Assembly: GCF_964355755.1 (NCBI RefSeq)
Contig: NC_092672.1
Span: forward strand, 30,386,437 to 30,450,436
Length of the DNA stretch: 64,000 nt
Direction: 5' to 3'
Source of the DNA: Antedon mediterranea
Taxonomy: Eukaryota > Animalia > Echinodermata
Below the pieces are notes generated by a model. That model was not told the origin of the DNA and did not search any database. It saw nothing but the letters and a program-made list of their open reading frames with translations. Below are positions 58,957 to 64,000 of the stretch, piece after piece (within the stretch, counting starts at the first letter, position 1; the number at the start of each line of letters is the position of its first letter). Position numbers and translations under genes: made by a program.

Positions 58957-59819
58957 CTCCATTTTTTGAAAAAGCAAAAACATTCATTTTGTCTATGTTA
59001 AGCCTAGATTAGGAAAGCTTGTTATTGTGCATCATTATACATATTTATCTGAATGCGCAGTTAGTGTGCGCATTGAAGTGATATAGAATAAATCTGTAAG
59101 TCAGCTCGCATTACCCTACTAACGACAGTGTGTGGTGTAATTAGCGGAGAAGAAGAACAGTCGATCGATAATTGTTTAATATCCAAGTAATTTTCATTGC
59201 ACGTATGTGCCATTCCCATCCAACCCCTAACTGCTGGATTTGCACAATGTGTAACTTACGATACGATTAATATTATTTATCAGCCCCTTGAGGATAATAT
59301 ATGTGACGTCACTACGTTTTCATTGGATGTTTGTGCGCCGTGTTGTTGTCAGTATGACTTCTTATTTGACTAAAAATCAGATTATGGTCAGGGACGATTT
59401 GCGATACTCGGTCTTAACCCAAATCTAGACCGCCCCCATGGGGTTGGAGTGCTTTTAAAGTTTATTAACGTTGCAGTACTGATGTCTATGATGTCTAAAA
59501 ATAATAAAAACAAATATGATGAGGTTTTTAAACACTAAGACAAAGTTGGTTTTGTTTTTTGGGGGTTTTTTTTGCAGTCGTTTATTACAGAAGGGGTGGG
59601 TGGTGGAGGGACGTACGATATAAATTGAAATTTTTCTCTAGGTCTTCAAGATTATTAACCAACATATTGAACAAATAGAACGTTACAACCATGTCTGAGT
59701 AAATATTTCTTTGCAGCTAATTAGCAATCTATATATAATTTAAGAAAAATTCAAACACAATGTTACTAATAATTGAAATATTAAAAGTATGTATTCACAT
59801 CTGATTAAATTATTTATGG

Positions 59820-60430
59820 ATTAGAAAATGAAATTCATTAATTTCTAACAATCTTTTTTGATATGTGCATGAACCGTAACTGCTACTAATTGGTTAGATC
59901 ATTGGCATTTATGCGTACGTCAGTCCCATCTATCTTACGTTATTAAAGTATTAATGATGTTTATTTTTTGTTTGTTTTTTCTTTCTCTGACTAACGACAT
60001 AAATTTCATTAATTGTTAACATGCAATCTATTTTGATATATGCATGGACCGTGATTTCAATGTGTGTGAAATATTGAAAGTAACTGGACAGTTGTGATTG
60101 GTTAGATTATTATCGTTACGTGTACGTCCTCACCTTGCGCGTACGTCATTGAACCACCGGATTCGGTCCCGACTACGTTACGTTGATAAAGTATGAATGA
60201 TGTTTTTTAATTTCACTCCTTCTCTGACTAACAAATAAATTTCTAACACCCTATTTTGATATATGCATGGACCGTGATTGCAATGTGAACTATTTAAAGT
60301 AACTTAGCAGTTATGATTGGTTAGAGTATTTGCGTTACGCATTGCACCTTGCGCTTACGTCATTGCGTCTTGCGCTTACGTCATTGCGCCACCGGATTCG
60401 GTCCCGACCACGTTAGTATTAAAGTATTAT
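59820..60430. repeat. Three degenerate repeats of about 180-230 bp
   Basis: Recurring TTTTGATATATGCATGGACCGTGA..GATTGGTTAGA..GCGTACGTCA..CACCGGATTCGGTCCCGAC. Confidence 0.7.
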
Positions 60431-60543
60431 TTTTGTTTGCTATCTCTGTTATTGTATTAATTATGTTACCATTTACAAAGTACAGTCAATGTACTCAATG
60501 TTTAATCAATATTCAATCATTAATAGCAATAAGTATTAGTATT

Positions 60544-60918
60544 AGTAAAATAAATACGATATTTATACAATTGTTTCAGTGAATTTAAACATTAATAGCA
60601 CTACATATCCGGATCAGTAAAATAAATACGATATTTATACAATTGTTTCAGTGAATTTAAACATTAATAGCACTACATATCCGGATCAGTAAAATAAATA
60701 CGATATTTATACAATTGTTTCAGTGAATTTAAACACTAATAGCACTACATATCCGGATCAGTAAAATAAATACGATATTTATACAATTGTTTCAGTGAAT
60801 TTAAACACTAATAGCACTACATATCCGGATCAGTAAAATAAATACGATATTTATACAATTGTTTCAGTGAATTTAAACATTAATAGCACTACACATATCC
60901 GGATCAGTAAAATAAATA
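60544..60918. repeat. 72-bp minisatellite x5
   Basis: Unit AGTAAAATAAATACGATATTTATACAATTGTTTCAGTGAATTTAAACATTAATAGCACTACATATCCGGATC. Confidence 0.95.
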
Positions 60919-63900
60919 TGATTTGTAATATACAATTTCGTTGATTGAGTTGCTTCATTAATTATGTTAAACGGTTATAAATTAAATACAAAGACATCAG
61001 TTAACGTTTGTTCGACCTTATAATTAATATTCTACCTATTTAGAAAAATTCCGTTCCATTAATAAAATTAAACATTATATTTCTTATGCTAAGAGGAATT
61101 AAGTGTATTTAATATTTTACTGAAGTTCTCTAAAAGCTGATGAAACCTATAAGGATGTATAATGTAGCTCTTCAGATTAAATTATTGGTCAAAATCTATT
61201 TGCTTTTTGCAATTCCGTATTTTATATCCTAACTTATTAAAATTGGTTTAAATTAGGATTAAATATGATGTACACATGAGATTATTAATCTAGCACGCGT
61301 ATTTAATTTTGTGTTTTATACGTATATCTTTAAGACTGTGTCTATAGATGAGGAAACGCAAGGCTTCTGGCGTTTAATTATATTTGGAGTGAGTGTGTTT
61401 GTTTGGTTGTGTCGTGTAATAGAGGCACTTTAAACAACTGACCAGAGGAGAAATACCACGACGTTATTTAAGGTTAGGCCGCCGTTTCTAGATGAACGTT
61501 TTGCGAAAACATCAAAGCGTCTTGCGCTTCAGTTGATGACGTGATGAAACTCCCGCGCGTGATTTTGCTTATTCAATTTGAAACGGCAATTATGGAAAAT
61601 GTAGTTGTATTTTCATTTTCTCTCCATATGTTTATGAACTCACTGTAGATTATTATAGTACCGTACAGTGTTAGGAGGCTACATCCACGTTAAGTATGTA
61701 TAGGCCTATTAAATAAGAACAAAAACTGACAGAGAGCAACATCTCTGTTGATCGCAGAACCACATAAGAGATGTATAAAATATTCCTGGGGCAGCATTGG
61801 TTAGACATCCACGATGCGAGTCAGGTGAAAAGTACAAGTATTGAAATCCACGATAATACATTCGGACACGGATTTGAAGAAAATACTTAGGTTTCATTTA
61901 GATTTACGTCCAAAACATATAGAAGGGAAAATTCCACCGCATAACTGGAAAATCCATAGTCCAGGTCTGTGAAGATAATGTATCTATTATATCTTCATAC
62001 TGCCAAGTCTAAGACCGCGATGGACTATAGTTCTGAGACCGTCCAATCGCTGGATTGAGAAAATAGAAACGCTCAACCTGTCAACTACTATAACAGCTGC
62101 TAGGTCTTCTGAAATGTTTTAATGAAATGGAAAGTATTGTTATAGCTGCGTTTTTCCGCTAATGTCAAAGTATTTAGGTTAACGAAATGTCAAACTGACC
62201 ATAAATGTTCGGCAATGTATGTGCTACACTATCAAACTGTATGTGACAAAAAATGCGATGTGCTCATAATATGGACATGATGGTGTCATATCACTACCAT
62301 ATTTAAGCATATCAGTACCATATTTGGCCACAACACACTTTTTTCTCAAACTAATTTAGTAGTGTAGATTGGGTTTTATCCTCTTTTGTTATAGTGACAA
62401 GCTTTTAGTGAGTGTGTGACTGATTTCAATATATATGTCTCAATATAATTGTCGCCCAGAGTGTTGTTTTAAGCAGACTCGTTAATTCGTCTGTATGTCA
62501 TTTGTCTCTTTTGGTTAAGCACTAATGTCTCCATTATCAGAATAAATCCCAGAGCAAATTTGTTATCAATTTGAATGGCCTTAAAACAAAAAAGAATAAC
62601 AATAAAAGATTACGTAAATCTGATTCATCAACAAGATTTATCATTAATTTATGTTCGTATTATTTCAAGAGGAAAGCAACGAAAACATTGAATAGGACAG
62701 AGAGAAGAAGACAGATTAAGAGAAGGCCGGAGGATTGTTGTAAAATAAATCTGTGATAGAAGTATTAAGTCGGTCAATAATAAGTACAAAACAACAATTA
62801 GCTAAATTCATTCCACTTTCATTAACAACATCATCTTTGGCTGATTACAATAGATTGAGGAGAATGCCGGACTCTATCTCATATTCTAATGAACGACGAG
62901 TACAGATCTTCCTCTCTATTTATGCTCATTGATGCATTACGTCATTAATAAATTACTCATGCATAACGAAGTGTAACTAGCGCCATCACATAAGGAAGAT
63001 ATGATGGTAAACAAAAAAGAAGGGGAAGAAAAGCTATGTTAGATAGATTTAAAACTAATAACATATAATTCTGAACTAGAAGAGGAGAATTATGATGAAG
63101 ACTGCTTTCATTTACCTCTGAATGGTAGATGACAAGGTATGTAAGTATCATTCAAAAAATATATACTCATCTTTTTGTCAGACCTGTCTAGTTCAGTAAA
63201 TAACAAAGCTATTATTTTGATTAGAGCGTGTATTATAAAATGCAAATGCAAGTCAGAAACTAGCAGATAATAACACCACGAAAATGATACAGCACTAAAA
63301 GTGTGTGTGTGTGTCAACATATCTAGCTGCTCTATTCAAATTGATTATTTTTGCGTATTTGCTCAATAGATTACATTACGAATGCAATAAACGAAACAGG
63401 ATCTTCGATATTACTGGCTATATCAAGCAAGTTCATTGACACTCAATATATACATTTACAGAATAACTAACAGAGGTATTCTACCGTACAAATACATTAA
63501 TGTGCACATCATCAGTTATGAAGAGTTATGAGCTACGGAAGTAGTTTGAAATATTACTTATGTTGCCATTATGCGGCTTTGATATTACCACTCTAGAATG
63601 ATGTGATGAACTCTCCTTCAGGCTTAATTCCCACTTGGAAGCAACAAGACGTGGCGCAAGTAATCTGACCAACGAATCTATTTGATTGGTCAACTCACTT
63701 GCAGTGCGCATACTTTCAAGTGGAAACCAGGCATAGAGTGAGCACTGTAAATTTTTCATGGATCAATGACCCATCATTTTCATAATTAAATATTAATATA
63801 GGATGGGAAGGAACATTTTGGCCGATCCATTATGACGAAAGTGATTACAAATACATTAAGATATGCCTACATTATGCTACCCAGTGGTAAGCTTGGTGCT

Positions 63901-64000
63901 TAACTTACTAGGACGCAACGCATATATAATATATAGGCGACGAATCTGCAGAATGTTATGATTTGTAAAATGTTTGCGCTGAACGTACGTACGTCCTGGT

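Noticed and set aside
58666-59001. 111-aa hydrophobic ORF (also 24719-24919)
   Set aside because: Produced by (TA)n microsatellite translation (IYIY).
60544-60918. CRISPR-like 72-bp periodicity
   Set aside because: Units are essentially identical end to end, so this is a plain minisatellite.
61700-63160. Possible exons or a decayed LINE endonuclease (INLNGLKTK..DRLREGRR)
   Set aside because: There are stops in all frames and no consistent splice model; similarity is too weak to call by eye.

Overview
AT-rich eukaryotic (metazoan) genomic DNA with spliceosomal introns. The TRIM-NHL expansion and TE repertoire suggest a marine invertebrate deuterostome, but this is inference only. 1-42.6 kb is a same-strand (-) tandem cluster of six TRIM-NHL paralogues (RING, 2 B-box, coiled coil, filamin, NHL), each with one coding exon and, where traceable, a 5' non-coding exon. 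Two are intact (22313-24475, 39559-41730), one has a single premature stop, one is a 5'-only copy from a very recent 2.5-kb tandem duplication, and two are multiply disabled. Embedded in the cluster are an intact gene with 5 coding exons for a KY/Hillarin-like transglutaminase-fold protein (936 aa, N-terminal MGCGSS) and a decayed second copy of it. The putative first exon/promoter of the intact KY-like gene is homologous to a TRIM promoter. One TRIM first intron is expanded to about 9.5 kb by a LINE carrying a nested Academ-like element and a young Penelope element (inverted pLTR, hammerhead-like motifs), followed by a Helentron-type element. 44-48 kb holds a type I membrane mucin-like gene. 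The last 15 kb is TE fragments, MITEs and minisatellites. The main candidate system is a co-duplicated, promoter-sharing TRIM-NHL + KY-like protease module whose NHL top-face loops are hypervariable. All alignments were done by eye; no database searches were run.
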